Assembly (NCBI GenBank): GCA_963845185.1
Contig: CAWJRG010000009.1
Location: forward strand, 928,001 to 992,000
DNA: 64,000 bases
Direction of reading: 5' to 3'
Origin: an uncultured bacterium
GTDB taxonomy: Bacteria > Oederibacteriota > PGYV01 > CAWJRG01
Positions 38,913 through 49,144 of the stretch are shown here, one piece after another. The translations under genes and the position numbers were made by a program. The notes under the pieces are model-generated. The model saw nothing but the letters and a program-made list of their open reading frames with translations, was not told the origin of the DNA and made no database searches. Numbering within the stretch: the first letter of the stretch is position 1; every line of letters starts with the position of its first letter.

Positions 38913-40238
38913 TCATTCCGCTTTTTTAAACTGCTTTTTTGCCTTTTGGGATTTACCGAGCTTCTCATAAACTGTGCCCAGTCCTATGTGCGCTTCATCA
39001 TAATATGCTTTTGATTTTGCCGCTTTTAAAAACTCCTTTTCAGCTGATTCATACTCTTTTTCTCGAAAAAACACCCATCCCAAACCTATATGGGCATTTA
39101 GCTTTTCAGGATCCAGTTCAATTGCCCGCTTAAAATTTTTTTCAGCATCTTTAATTTTGTCGGGCTGATATTCAAACCATTTATAATAAACCCAGCCCAG
39201 GCCTATATGAATATCCGCTGAATCCGGTTCCATAGTTATTGCTTTCATGAATTCCTCTTCAGCATACCCCATCTTTCCTTGCTTGTAATATACGTTTCCT
39301 AGACCGGTACGCGCGCTGCAATAATTGGGGTTTATCTCTTTTACTTTCTTAAATTCCTTTTCGGCATCAACAAGGCATTCTCCTGTCTTCTCGTCCTTCC
39401 TGTAATAAACCCAGCCAAGCCCGTTATGAGCGTCTGGGTTATCTGGGCTTAATTCAATAGCCTTTTTAAATTCATGTTCAGCTTCCTCAAAGGCTGCCAT
39501 GTGGTAAAAAACCCAACCAAGACCAACATATATCCCAGGTTCACGTGGATTTATTTCTATAGCCTTATTAAATTGCGTCTTTGCTTCTTTAAGGTTATCC
39601 TGGTGGTAATAAATCCATCCAAGACCTATATAAGCGTCCACATACTTCGGATTAATTTTTAATGCTTTTTTATGCTCATTCACGGCTTCCCATAGTTTTG
39701 CCTGCTCAAAATAAACCCCTCCGAGTTCAAAATGAGCATCGGCAAAATCCGGTTTAATGTCGATTGCTTCCTTGTATTCTTTTTCTGCCTCTTTTAATCT
39801 CCGCTGCGCAAAATATACTTTACCCATGCATACGCGGGCATCCGCGCGCTCAGAATCCACAGAAATTACCTTTTTGCATTGTTCTTCCGATTCCCGTAGC
39901 CTGTCCTGCCTGTAATAAATTTCCGCCAGTGCAAGGTTGCCGTCAAGATATTTGGGGTTTATTTGTAACGCCTTTTTAAATTCCTTTTCCGCCTCATCTA
40001 TTCTTCCTTCAGCCGTTAATACCTTGCCAAGGCAAACATGCAAGTCCGCAAAATCAGGATTTACAGAAATCTCGGTTTTAAACTTTTTTTCTATAATTTT
40101 AAGTTCAACTTTGTTTGTATAAAAATTATCAAGGCATTCCTGTATGCTCGAAGTACCAAAATCAAGTTCATCAGCTTCCTTTGGTGTATCTTCCTTCTTT
40201 TTTAATACATTTTTAATTTTTCTGAATAAACCTGCCAT
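38913..40238 (-). CDS. TPR-repeat protein
   Basis: About ten 34-aa repeats A..EFKKA..INP....A..GLG.VY; probable start MAGLF. Confidence 0.9.
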   Translation of the reverse strand: MAGLFRKIKNVLKKKEDTPKEADELDFGTSSIQECLDNFYTNKVELKIIEKKFKTEISVNPDFADLHVCLGKVLTAEGRIDEAEKEFKKALQINPKYLDGNLALAEIYYRQDRLRESEEQCKKVISVDSERADARVCMGKVYFAQRRLKEAEKEYKEAIDIKPDFADAHFELGGVYFEQAKLWEAVNEHKKALKINPKYVDAYIGLGWIYYHQDNLKEAKTQFNKAIEINPREPGIYVGLGWVFYHMAAFEEAEHEFKKAIELSPDNPDAHNGLGWVYYRKDEKTGECLVDAEKEFKKVKEINPNYCSARTGLGNVYYKQGKMGYAEEEFMKAITMEPDSADIHIGLGWVYYKWFEYQPDKIKDAEKNFKRAIELDPEKLNAHIGLGWVFFREKEYESAEKEFLKAAKSKAYYDEAHIGLGTVYEKLGKSQKAKKQFKKAE

Positions 40239-40451
40239 ATTTTTCCTTTCTCTAAACTTATTACACCGCTCATTTGTCTTCACCTGCGGCATCTGTTAAT
40301 TGTTAATATTATCAATGTAGTGGCAAATTAGCAACAAAAATTTAAAACCTTATAACAGTATTAGTACAAATAAAAATGTTTTAAATTAAAATAAAGAAGC
40401 GCAGCATTTGAGCCGCGCCTCTTTATTTATCTTTAAAGACTAGCCACTAAT

Positions 40452-40961
40452 TTATTTTTGTTCTGCTTTTCTTTGCTGCAATTTTTCCTTTAACTTTTCT
40501 CTTTCCTCGGGTGACATATTTTGCCACTTTTCCTTCATTTTTTCCTTTATTTCTTCTTTCTTTTCAGGTGAAAGATTTTTCCATCTATCCTTTAATTTAG
40601 CCTTTATCTGATCTTTCTTTTCCCGAGGCAAACTTTCCCACCATGATTTAATTTTTGCTTTTGCTGCCTCTTTCTGCTCAGGCGTCATGTTTTGCCATTT
40701 TTCTTTCCAAGAAGCTCTCCATTTATCAATAGCCGCTTGTTTTTGTTCTGGCGTCAACGAATCCCATTTTGCCTCAACATTTGCTTTTACCTCTTGTTTC
40801 TGATCATCAGATAAGCCACTCCACCAATCTTTTAAACTTTGTTTTGTTTGAGGCGAGGCAACAGTTGGTTGAGCTTGCGGAGCAGTATTATCTGCGAAAG
40901 CCATAAAAACAAAACTAAAAACTAAAATTACCGCAAAAACAACTGCTAAAAACTTTTTCAT
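40452..40961 (-). CDS. Periplasmic helical-repeat protein (DUF3106/Spy-like)
   Basis: Signal peptide AFA; repeats W..(L/M)(S/T)PE(Q/E)K. Confidence 0.7.
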   Translation of the reverse strand: MKKFLAVVFAVILVFSFVFMAFADNTAPQAQPTVASPQTKQSLKDWWSGLSDDQKQEVKANVEAKWDSLTPEQKQAAIDKWRASWKEKWQNMTPEQKEAAKAKIKSWWESLPREKKDQIKAKLKDRWKNLSPEKKEEIKEKMKEKWQNMSPEEREKLKEKLQQRKAEQK

Positions 40962-41025
40962 ATTTTCCTCCTTTCTTTACTAGGTTTGCAGGTTTGTGCC
41001 TGCTTATTTTGTTTCTTTGATAAAT

Positions 41026-41054
41026 TAGACGTTTTACTTTATACTAAGTTTACA
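41026..41054 (-). promoter_or_regulatory. ECF-sigma-type promoter
   Basis: TGTAAAC-N16-CGTCTA on the minus strand, upstream of 40961. Confidence 0.55.
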
Positions 41055-41155
41055 TTAATTTTTGCGATTTTGCTCACATGAATCCAAACGCCAGCTTGCT
41101 AACTAATAAATTATATAAATCCTTAGCTTTTATATTTTTCCTCAATATAAAAACA

Positions 41156-41184
41156 TTGACTATATTTTTTTAAAATTATAAAAT
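41156..41184 (+). promoter_or_regulatory. Sigma70 promoter
   Basis: TTGACT-17-TAAAAT. Confidence 0.55.
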
Positions 41185-41213
41185 TCAAAAACTACTAAAA
41201 TGGAGGTTGAACC

Positions 41214-41513
41214 ATGAACAAAGAACCGCTTGATTATCTCAAGGAAAAAGACATGGAATTTTTTAACACAATCTCATCCGCCAGGAAACTTGCTTATTCA
41301 GAAGGCGCATTATCTGAAAAAACCAAACTTTTAATTGCGCTGGCAATTGATGCTTCTAACGACGCGGTTAATGGCGTAAAATCACTTGCGAAGCAGGCCA
41401 TGAATGCAGGCGCTACCAAGCAGGAAATCTTCGAAACCTTAAGGATTGTTTATTTTATTTGTGGTGTAGGCAGCGTATATGCAGCAGTTCAAGCTTTAAA
41501 TGAAATTTTATAA
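41214..41513 (+). CDS. Carboxymuconolactone decarboxylase/AhpD-like protein
   Basis: GALSEKTKLLIALA..A...GAT.QEI.E. Confidence 0.85.
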   Translation: MNKEPLDYLKEKDMEFFNTISSARKLAYSEGALSEKTKLLIALAIDASNDAVNGVKSLAKQAMNAGATKQEIFETLRIVYFICGVGSVYAAVQALNEIL

Positions 41514-41668
41514 ACATTTAAAGTTAACTATATGATGTAAAAATAGACAGCAACCATATGCGCAGTAAATTTCTTCGTATTGTTTGTTAAATTTATAACT
41601 ATTATCATTAAAATAATAAATTATCGACCCTGAATTCGTTGATTTCATATATTTTTACCAACATTGCG

Positions 41669-42388
41669 TTAAGCGAGTGTATTAAGTACTCTTTTAAAAT
41701 CCTCTGGGATTTCCGCTTTGATCTCTACGGTTTCATTAGTTTTATAATGTTCAAACCTTAGCTTGCTTGCGTGCAGCGCCAGCCTGGAAATTTCAGCTTT
41801 GGGTTGCACCGGGAATTCGATTTTTTGGCCTTTTACTCCGAACTTTCCTATCGCTTCTTTCCTGTTATAAATAGCATCCCCTGCTATAGGATGCCCAATA
41901 TAAGCGAAATGAACTCTTATCTGGTGTGTCCTTCCTGTCTTGGGAGCCGCTTCAACTAGCGAATAATCTTTGAATTCGTCAATTACTTTAAAATATGTAG
42001 TGGATTTTTTACCGTTTCTTTTATCCACTACCATTACGCCCTTTTTCTTTTTTAAAGGAGCTATGGGCAGTGAAATCACACCCTGCTTTTCTTCAACATA
42101 TCCGATAACTAGCGCGAAATAGATTTTGGCGACTTCGCCTTTTTCCCATTTTATGCTAAGGTCCCTGTGTGCCTCGGCATTCTTGGCAAATAATATTACC
42201 CCGGATGTGTCCTTGTCAAGCCTGTGCACAATGAAAATTTTTCCATATTTATTTGTCAATAAATCATAAAGGTTTATTAACTCTTTGTTAAACCTGTCCG
42301 GTATTGCCAGCAAACCATTAGGCTTATTTAATGCTATAATATCTTCGTCTTCGTATATTGTGATTTTATCAATATCCATGTCTGACAT
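41669..42388 (-). CDS. RluA/RluD-family pseudouridine synthase
   Basis: NKP.GL, HRLDKDTSG, TGRTHQIRVH, LALHA. Confidence 0.95.
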   Translation of the reverse strand: MSDMDIDKITIYEDEDIIALNKPNGLLAIPDRFNKELINLYDLLTNKYGKIFIVHRLDKDTSGVILFAKNAEAHRDLSIKWEKGEVAKIYFALVIGYVEEKQGVISLPIAPLKKKKGVMVVDKRNGKKSTTYFKVIDEFKDYSLVEAAPKTGRTHQIRVHFAYIGHPIAGDAIYNRKEAIGKFGVKGQKIEFPVQPKAEISRLALHASKLRFEHYKTNETVEIKAEIPEDFKRVLNTLA

Positions 42389-42392
42389 TCAT

Positions 42393-43703
42393 TTAATCCG
42401 GCATCGGCGCTATTCCGACTTCGCCGGGTTTTATTATGCCTTTTTTTACATAAATCGGCCTGATAGCTTTTCTCATTTTCGGCAGGTTTACGGCAAAAAT
42501 AATTGCGCCTATTAGGGAGCTGATGCCGGAAAAAACTATCGCGTGCCTCACTCCCATTGCCTTGGTAAGAGCGCCTATCAAAAGGTTGCCAAAAGGCGCT
42601 AGACCCGTAAATGACACGGCATAAAAGCTCATTACCCTGCCCCTTTTATCGTCATCGACAAGGCTCTGGATTATTGTATTGCAGCTTGCTATCTGCACCA
42701 TCATGCCTATGCTGGCCAAATATATTACTATCATGGAAAATATCATTTTGTTTGTGAAAGATAATACTACAAGCCCTGCACCGAATACAAAAGTGGCTGC
42801 TGATAAAACCCTTGACAGGCCTACAACACTCCGCCGCGACGCGAGGTAAATGGCACCTGTTAGTGCGCCTGCGCCTACGCACGCCATCAAAAACCCGAAT
42901 GTCCGCGGCCCGCCATTAAGCACAAGCTTCGCGAAAACAGGCAACACTGTGACATAAGGCATGGACACGACGCTGGATAATCCCAGCAAAAATATTATTG
43001 TTTTAACAGGCGTAATGCCGAAAGTATAATCAAAGCCCTCCTTAAGTTCATGCATTATCTTCTTTCTTACATCATGTACCTTTATTATTTTTGTGTTTAT
43101 TAAAAAAAGCGCTATTATTACCGCGATAAAAGAAAATGCGTTCACAAGAAAGCACATTCCCTCTCCAAATGCGGCTATAAAAATCCCGCCTATTGAGGGT
43201 CCTATAAACCTGGCGCCGTTGAATAAAGATGAATTCAGGGCTATGGCATTGCTCAAATCCTCCCTTCTTTCAACCATTTCTACAAAAAAAGACTGCCTTG
43301 CAGGCATGTCAAAGCCGTTTACAATGCCTAAAAATAAACTCAGCACAATTATGTGCCATACGTGTATTGATCCGGTCATGACAAGGATGGCAAGCACCAG
43401 TGCCTGCAGCATTGCTAGCGACTGTGTAACAATAAGTATTTTTCTTTTGTCGAGCCTGTCGCTAAAAACACCGGCAAAAGGAGGAATAAAAAGAAGCGGT
43501 ATTTGGCCGGTAAAACCTATAAAACCGAGCCATATGGGTGAGTTTGTAAGGCGGTATACAAGCCAACTCATGGCAATCTGTTGGAACCATGTGCCTATAA
43601 GGGATATGCCCTGTCCAAAAAAAAACAGCCTGAAGTTCCTGTGTTTTAAAGCCCTCAATGTGTTTTTAATATTTTCAAACAAAAAAGAATCTTTCTTTGC
43701 CAT
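42393..43703 (-). CDS. MFS transporter (DUF894/EntS-like)
   Basis: ALKHRNFRLFF.GQ..S..GTW.Q, AGV.SDR, PARQS, RGRVMS. Confidence 0.92.
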   Translation of the reverse strand: MAKKDSFLFENIKNTLRALKHRNFRLFFFGQGISLIGTWFQQIAMSWLVYRLTNSPIWLGFIGFTGQIPLLFIPPFAGVFSDRLDKRKILIVTQSLAMLQALVLAILVMTGSIHVWHIIVLSLFLGIVNGFDMPARQSFFVEMVERREDLSNAIALNSSLFNGARFIGPSIGGIFIAAFGEGMCFLVNAFSFIAVIIALFLINTKIIKVHDVRKKIMHELKEGFDYTFGITPVKTIIFLLGLSSVVSMPYVTVLPVFAKLVLNGGPRTFGFLMACVGAGALTGAIYLASRRSVVGLSRVLSAATFVFGAGLVVLSFTNKMIFSMIVIYLASIGMMVQIASCNTIIQSLVDDDKRGRVMSFYAVSFTGLAPFGNLLIGALTKAMGVRHAIVFSGISSLIGAIIFAVNLPKMRKAIRPIYVKKGIIKPGEVGIAPMPD

Positions 43704-43716
43704 CTAAATCCCTTCG

Positions 43717-45018
43717 TCAATACCCTCCATCCAATATAAATTCCGTTATAGCCGCCCTTTCGTCGCGCCAGCGCCATGTATCATAAATATCAGTTATTTT
43801 GGCTTTAATGACATCCCAAGGTTTAATCATTATTCTATGTGGAAGTTTAATTCTTTGCCAGTTCATTGTGTCATGGAGCTTGACGTTATATATTGGTTTG
43901 CCGTTCAGCAGTATCTGCATTTTTTTTACTCTGGAGTAACTTCTCCATGTTTCCTTGTCTTTTGCAAAACCGTTTAAAATAAGAAACCCTGTCCATTTTA
44001 TCTTCTTTTTTTTCTTTTCAAAAATAGGCGCAAAATACAGTTCGTCCATTTTAAAAACGATATATTGTCCTATACTTTTTTTAGGCTTTGGTATCCATGC
44101 AGTATTTAGGTTGTTGTCGTCTATATTTTTTGCGTCAAACTCCGGTTTATAAGTGGAAGAAGCCGAAATTCCCCATATCATGATATCATGAAGGCTTTTA
44201 ACATTTCCTAGAGTCCCGTCATTAAACGAAAATACATCGTCGGTCATTGTGATTCCTGCTATCACCGGCAATGGTTTGGTTTTTTTCTTTCGTTTGTGCT
44301 TTTTATGTTTTAACTTGCTTTTTGACTTTTTCTTTTTCTTAGCCTTTTGCTTGGTTTTTCCACCTTTTTCCGACTGGGATATAGCTGTTTGCTCTGCTGT
44401 AACCTTTTCCTGTTTAACCTTTGTTTGCTTGGCATTTGCTTTTGGCTGTGTTTCTGTTTGCTGTTCTGTTTGCGTTTCAGATCCTGTTACATCTGTCGTT
44501 TGCTCTTCCTTCGTCTCTGCACCTGTTACATCTGCACTTGACGCCACTTGTGTCTCTGACCCTGTCGTTTCTGTACCAGGTGCTGTCTGCGTTTCCGAAG
44601 CTGTTGTTTCTGTGCCAGATGCCGCCTGTGTTTCCGAGCCTGCTGCCTCTGTACCAGGCGCTGCTTGTGTCTCCGAGCCTGCTGCCTCTGTCCTAGGCGC
44701 TTCCTGTGTTTCCGAGCCTGTTGCCTCTGTACCAGGCGCTGCCTGTGTCTCCGAGCCTGTTGCCTCTGTACCAGGCGCTGCTTGTGTCTCCGAGCCTGCT
44801 GCCTCTGTCCCAGGCGCTGCCTGTGTTTCTGAGCCTTTTGACTCTGTCCCAGGCACTGTCTGTGTCTTTGAGCCTGAAGGCTGCTTACCGTGAGTAGTCT
44901 GTTGCACACTTACATCAGGCTGGTCAACTCCAGAATAAAGCGCAGGCGAGATGTCATCTGCAAATATTAATCCCCAGCTTAATATAATAAATAAGCAAGG
45001 CAGTAAAACGCTCCTCAT
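43717..45018 (-). CDS. Secreted protein with 13-aa repeats, Lys-rich patch and C-terminal discoidin-like domain
   Basis: Signal peptide; GSETQAAPGTEA(A/T) repeats; ASS..N..D....TAW..NGF.K....SRVK. Confidence 0.75.
   Translation of the reverse strand: MRSVLLPCLFIILSWGLIFADDISPALYSGVDQPDVSVQQTTHGKQPSGSKTQTVPGTESKGSETQAAPGTEAAGSETQAAPGTEATGSETQAAPGTEATGSETQEAPRTEAAGSETQAAPGTEAAGSETQAASGTETTASETQTAPGTETTGSETQVASSADVTGAETKEEQTTDVTGSETQTEQQTETQPKANAKQTKVKQEKVTAEQTAISQSEKGGKTKQKAKKKKKSKSKLKHKKHKRKKKTKPLPVIAGITMTDDVFSFNDGTLGNVKSLHDIMIWGISASSTYKPEFDAKNIDDNNLNTAWIPKPKKSIGQYIVFKMDELYFAPIFEKKKKKIKWTGFLILNGFAKDKETWRSYSRVKKMQILLNGKPIYNVKLHDTMNWQRIKLPHRIMIKPWDVIKAKITDIYDTWRWRDERAAITEFILDGGY
44485..44874 (-). 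repeat. 39-bp in-frame tandem repeat, about 10 units (last two degenerate)
   Basis: Unit ccgagcctg(c/t)tgcctctgtaccaggcgctgc(c/t)tgtgt(c/t)t on the + strand. Confidence 0.9.
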
Positions 45019-45312
45019 CTTTCCTCCAAATATTTATTCAATTATGGAACTGATGGATACCATAAAAAAATCTCGGCTCTTTTAGGTCATCGCCGAGTTT
45101 CAGTTGCTTGTAAAAAAATTATACCATGCTTTTCTTGCGTGTCAACAAAGGAAATCTTACAGGTTTCTTCACTAAAAGTTGAATAAATTGATTTTAGCCG
45201 GGTGCTTTTAAGCTCGTTTTATTTTTATCTTGACTTATACTTTAAATCGGGTAAACTCTTTGATGATATAATTTTTTATAATTATTGGCTTTAACAAGGA
45301 GGTTTTTGAATT

Positions 45313-46710
45313 ATGAAATTTTTGCGTTTTTTCATTATATTTTCAATAATATTCCTTATATCAGGCATAACAATCATATACGCAACAGATTCAGGTCCGG
45401 GTGAAGGGACGGCAGCAATGAACCCGGCTTCAGTTACTGCAGGCAGCACCGGAAACGCAGTTGTAATTACATACACAGCAGGGGCAACAAACGACTGGTC
45501 AGCCACAACCGGTACTTTAGCGATTGTTATACCTGCTGGATGGAGCCCAGCTAGTATAAATAACGCAGATCCGGGATATTTTACGGTAAACGCTATTAAT
45601 GGTAACATAGTTAACAGCGTTACAGATGGCCAGACAATAACAATAACAGCTTCAAGTTCAGGCAGCAGTACTACCCTTCAGATAATAATAATTTATGGCG
45701 CAGGAACCGGAGCAACAGCGTCTACCAATGCCGGTCAAGCTGTTTTTAATATTTATTCAGACCCGACAGATTCGAGTCCAATTATAATGGCATCAACAAG
45801 CCCGAGTATAAATATTATAGCACCAACCGAAACACAGACCCCGACATACACACAAACAACCACCCTTACAATGACCCCAACATTCACGGAAACACCTACT
45901 CCGCTAAATACCCCTTATGGTGAAGGATTCGCAGTAATAATGCCTACGCAGGTAACAGGCGGGTCCTCAGGAAATATAATACAAATAGTATACACGGCAG
46001 GTGAAACAACCTGGGCCGCAGGCACATTAATAATAACAATACCTACAAATTCCGGATGGAGCCAGCCGAGTTTAATAAATACCGCACCTGGATATTACAC
46101 AGTGAATATATCAGGTGGCGTGCTAGCTTCTACATATCCCGCATTAGTTGGTAATAATTGGGATATAATAGTACAAGTATCAAGCCTTGCAGCACATATA
46201 GGCACAATAACCGTTTCATATGGTTCCACATCAGCCGGAGGCTCTGGTGCTATGTCGCAAAATGTTCCCGGTATGGCACTATTTGTTGTGTCAAGCCAGC
46301 CAAATGGCAGCAATGCTATCCCGATCAATGATTCTCCGTATTTAAATGTAATAATACCTACGCAGACACAAACAGTGACGCCATCTGCTACCGTTACGCC
46401 TACTGCTACAATTTCAATTCCGCAGCAGCAAGTATTTGCTTTCCCGAATCCTGTAAAAATAGGGCAAGAAATATTTTTTGCTTATCCGGTAAGGAACAAT
46501 ATATTACAAAATCTTAAAACAGTTAGAATTCTTATTTATACCGTAAACGGCGATAAAGCATACGAAGTTATTGATACTGCCCCTGACGGCTATACAAGGT
46601 TTGATACAAGCAACATGGCAAGGGGCGTTTATTTTTACCGTATTACCGCCGAATATACAGATGGGTCCACCGTAAAACAAGATTATCATAAATTCGCAGT
46701 GGTTAAATAG
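45313..46710 (+). CDS. Secreted protein with two homologous beta-rich domains, TP linkers and a T9SS type A-like C-terminal domain
   Basis: GEG.A...P..VT.GS.GN...I.YTAG..GTL.I.IP..GWS twice; FAFPNP..IYTVNG..MARGVYFYRI..KFAVVK. Confidence 0.8.
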   Translation: MKFLRFFIIFSIIFLISGITIIYATDSGPGEGTAAMNPASVTAGSTGNAVVITYTAGATNDWSATTGTLAIVIPAGWSPASINNADPGYFTVNAINGNIVNSVTDGQTITITASSSGSSTTLQIIIIYGAGTGATASTNAGQAVFNIYSDPTDSSPIIMASTSPSINIIAPTETQTPTYTQTTTLTMTPTFTETPTPLNTPYGEGFAVIMPTQVTGGSSGNIIQIVYTAGETTWAAGTLIITIPTNSGWSQPSLINTAPGYYTVNISGGVLASTYPALVGNNWDIIVQVSSLAAHIGTITVSYGSTSAGGSGAMSQNVPGMALFVVSSQPNGSNAIPINDSPYLNVIIPTQTQTVTPSATVTPTATISIPQQQVFAFPNPVKIGQEIFFAYPVRNNILQNLKTVRILIYTVNGDKAYEVIDTAPDGYTRFDTSNMARGVYFYRITAEYTDGSTVKQDYHKFAVVK

Positions 46711-46724
46711 TGAGGAGGAGTAAA

Positions 46725-47684
46725 ATGAGTAAAAAGATTTTGCTTTTTTGGGGCATTATATTTTTATTTTATATAAAAATTCACGCAAACAGTGATCCTA
46801 ATATAATCGAGGTTCCCCAGGACGTAAGCAGTGTTTCCGCGAAATATCTCGATATCGGCGTTGGAGCCGCCGCAGCCGGCATGGGCAACGCATATCAAGC
46901 TCTCGCAAAGGATGCTTCCTCAATATTCTGGAACCCGGCTGGCCTAGCAAACATGAAAAGAGAAGACGACGACTGGAATATATTCTTCGCTCACAACGTG
47001 TGGCTGGTAGATATGTCGGATGACCATATAGCCGTCGCAAAAAACACAAAACCTTTCGGCGTTTTCGGTTTTGGAGTTTCTTATTACAATGAAGGTTCAA
47101 TACAAAAATACGGCATAGATTCTTCTTTGAATCCCATAAACATGGGCACAACTTTTACTCCTTTTGCATTTGTAGGCAATATTGCTTATTCAAATTCCAT
47201 GGATAAGGACATTGATTACGGCGTGAATATAAAATATATTTACGATAACATCGACAGCGATACCCTTCAGACGCTGGCATTTGATATAGGCGTAAAATAT
47301 TTTTCTCCTTTGCCCGGCCTTCAATTTAATATTGTCGCGACAAATTTCGGAGGCAGGTTCAATGATTATGTCTTGGCAAAAGAACTTAGTTTCGATACGC
47401 TTTATTCCCTTGCAATTGACAAATTTAAATGCAATTTTGATGCGGATGTTTGCGGCGAGGTAAACGTAAACCCTGTTTTCAGGGTTGGCGTGGAATTGGT
47501 TACACCTGCGATACTTGTTATAAGAGCCGGATATCAGACCGATAATTCGGATGTAACCAGCGGAATAAGGAATATCACTCTCGGTTTCGGCATTAATGTT
47601 AATAAAAACTGCGTTGATTTTTCCTGGGAGCCATACGGCGAGCTGGGCAATGCGTTTAAATTATCTCTTACTTGCGGTTTTTGA
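46725..47684 (+). CDS. PorV/PorQ-family outer-membrane beta-barrel protein
   Basis: L.IGVGA.A.GMG.AY.ALA.D.SS.FWNPAGLA; terminal Phe. Confidence 0.82.
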   Translation: MSKKILLFWGIIFLFYIKIHANSDPNIIEVPQDVSSVSAKYLDIGVGAAAAGMGNAYQALAKDASSIFWNPAGLANMKREDDDWNIFFAHNVWLVDMSDDHIAVAKNTKPFGVFGFGVSYYNEGSIQKYGIDSSLNPINMGTTFTPFAFVGNIAYSNSMDKDIDYGVNIKYIYDNIDSDTLQTLAFDIGVKYFSPLPGLQFNIVATNFGGRFNDYVLAKELSFDTLYSLAIDKFKCNFDADVCGEVNVNPVFRVGVELVTPAILVIRAGYQTDNSDVTSGIRNITLGFGINVNKNCVDFSWEPYGELGNAFKLSLTCGF

Positions 47685-47779
47685 TTCTTAGTCCAATAAT
47701 TTTATAACCTTTTCTTGCCAATTTCAAAATTCGTTTTTACATTCACAGTATCACCATTTCGTTAGATTAATTTTCCTAA

Positions 47780-49144
47780 TTATATTTTTATCCCGTATTC
47801 CTTTATCTTTCTCCACAGCGTGGATCTGGATATTCCAAGCGCTTTTGCGACTCTTGCATAAGTCTTTCCGTATTTTTCAAAGGCGAGCATTATTGTCCGC
47901 TTTTCAACTTCCGGAAGCGCAAGTTCCCGGTCATAACCGTTTCCCGTTAAAACTTCCTCGTGCTCAGTCAACTCATGGTAAGGATGCACCTGGTGGACGT
48001 AAGCCGGCAAATCATCAATTGTTATTGTATCGCCCTGGCTCATTATAAATGCGTGCTGTATTATGTTTTCAAGCTCTCTGATATTTCCAGGGTAATTATA
48101 ATAAGCAAGCAGTGTTTTTGATTTTAAATCTATGCCGACAATATTTTTAGCGTAAATCTTGTTGTATTTTTCCATAAAAAATCTTATTAATAACGGTATA
48201 TCTTCTTTCCTTTCACGCAAAGGCAATATGTTAATATGTATAACATTAATCCTGAAAAATAGGTCCTCCCTGAATTTTTTTTCTTTTATGAGTTCCCGCA
48301 AATCCTTGTTTGTTGCCGCTATTATCCTTATATTTACCTTTTTCAGGTTTTCATCCCCGAGTTGCCTGAATTCCTTATATTCTATAACACGCAAAAGTTT
48401 TGCCTGTAGGCTTAAATCCAAATCGCCTATTTCGTCAAGAAATAACGTACCGTTATCTGACAATTCCATGAGGCCTTTTTTATCCGTTACAGCACCTGTA
48501 AAAGCGCCTTTTTTATAGCCAAAGAGTTCGGATTCCAGAAGAGTTTCTGGTATTGCGGCGCAGTTGACTGTTATAAAAGGCTCGCTTGCCCTGTTGCTTG
48601 TTTCATATATTTCCCTGGCAAGGAGTTCTTTGCCTGTGCCGGTTTCTCCTGTTATAAGAATATTGCTGTCACCTTTCGCGACTTTCCTTGCTATGTTTAT
48701 TATTTTCTTTATTTTTTCGCTTTTCCCGATAAATTTTGCACTAAAAAATTCCTCATTATCATATTTTTCCACAGTTGCCCGGCCGCCCGATACCGTTGCT
48801 TTTTCAATGATTAATTTAAGTTCATTTAAGTTCGTAGGTTTGCTTAGATGCATAAACGCATCTTTTTTTGCAAGTGCTATCGCTTCGTTAATTTTTTCTT
48901 TTGACGCAATGATAATAACCTGCATTCCCGGTTTTCTTTCTTTAATAAATTTGACAATATTAAGCTCAGACTTTTCAACTATATCTATATCAAGTATCAA
49001 AATTTCAAAATCTGATGTAGTTATTTTTGATGTAAGAGAGGAAGAATCAACGGCAATATAAGGAAGGTAACCATTATCGTTAAGAAAGTTATTTGTCTTT
49101 ATCGCCTCCTCTTTATCTGTTAATGCTATTAGTACTTTTATCAT
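47780..49144 (-). CDS. Sigma54-dependent response regulator
   Basis: GETGTGKE, LESELFG.KKGAFTGA, YPGNIREL, LGISRSTLWRK. Confidence 0.93.
   Translation of the reverse strand: MIKVLIALTDKEEAIKTNNFLNDNGYLPYIAVDSSSLTSKITTSDFEILILDIDIVEKSELNIVKFIKERKPGMQVIIIASKEKINEAIALAKKDAFMHLSKPTNLNELKLIIEKATVSGGRATVEKYDNEEFFSAKFIGKSEKIKKIINIARKVAKGDSNILITGETGTGKELLAREIYETSNRASEPFITVNCAAIPETLLESELFGYKKGAFTGAVTDKKGLMELSDNGTLFLDEIGDLDLSLQAKLLRVIEYKEFRQLGDENLKKVNIRIIAATNKDLRELIKEKKFREDLFFRINVIHINILPLRERKEDIPLLIRFFMEKYNKIYAKNIVGIDLKSKTLLAYYNYPGNIRELENIIQHAFIMSQGDTITIDDLPAYVHQVHPYHELTEHEEVLTGNGYDRELALPEVEKRTIMLAFEKYGKTYARVAKALGISRSTLWRKIKEYGIKI

Noticed and set aside
44526..44909. Gln/Arg-rich repeat ORF, and antisense ORF 44249-44893
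   Set aside because: Alternative frames of the 39-bp repeat inside 43717-45018.
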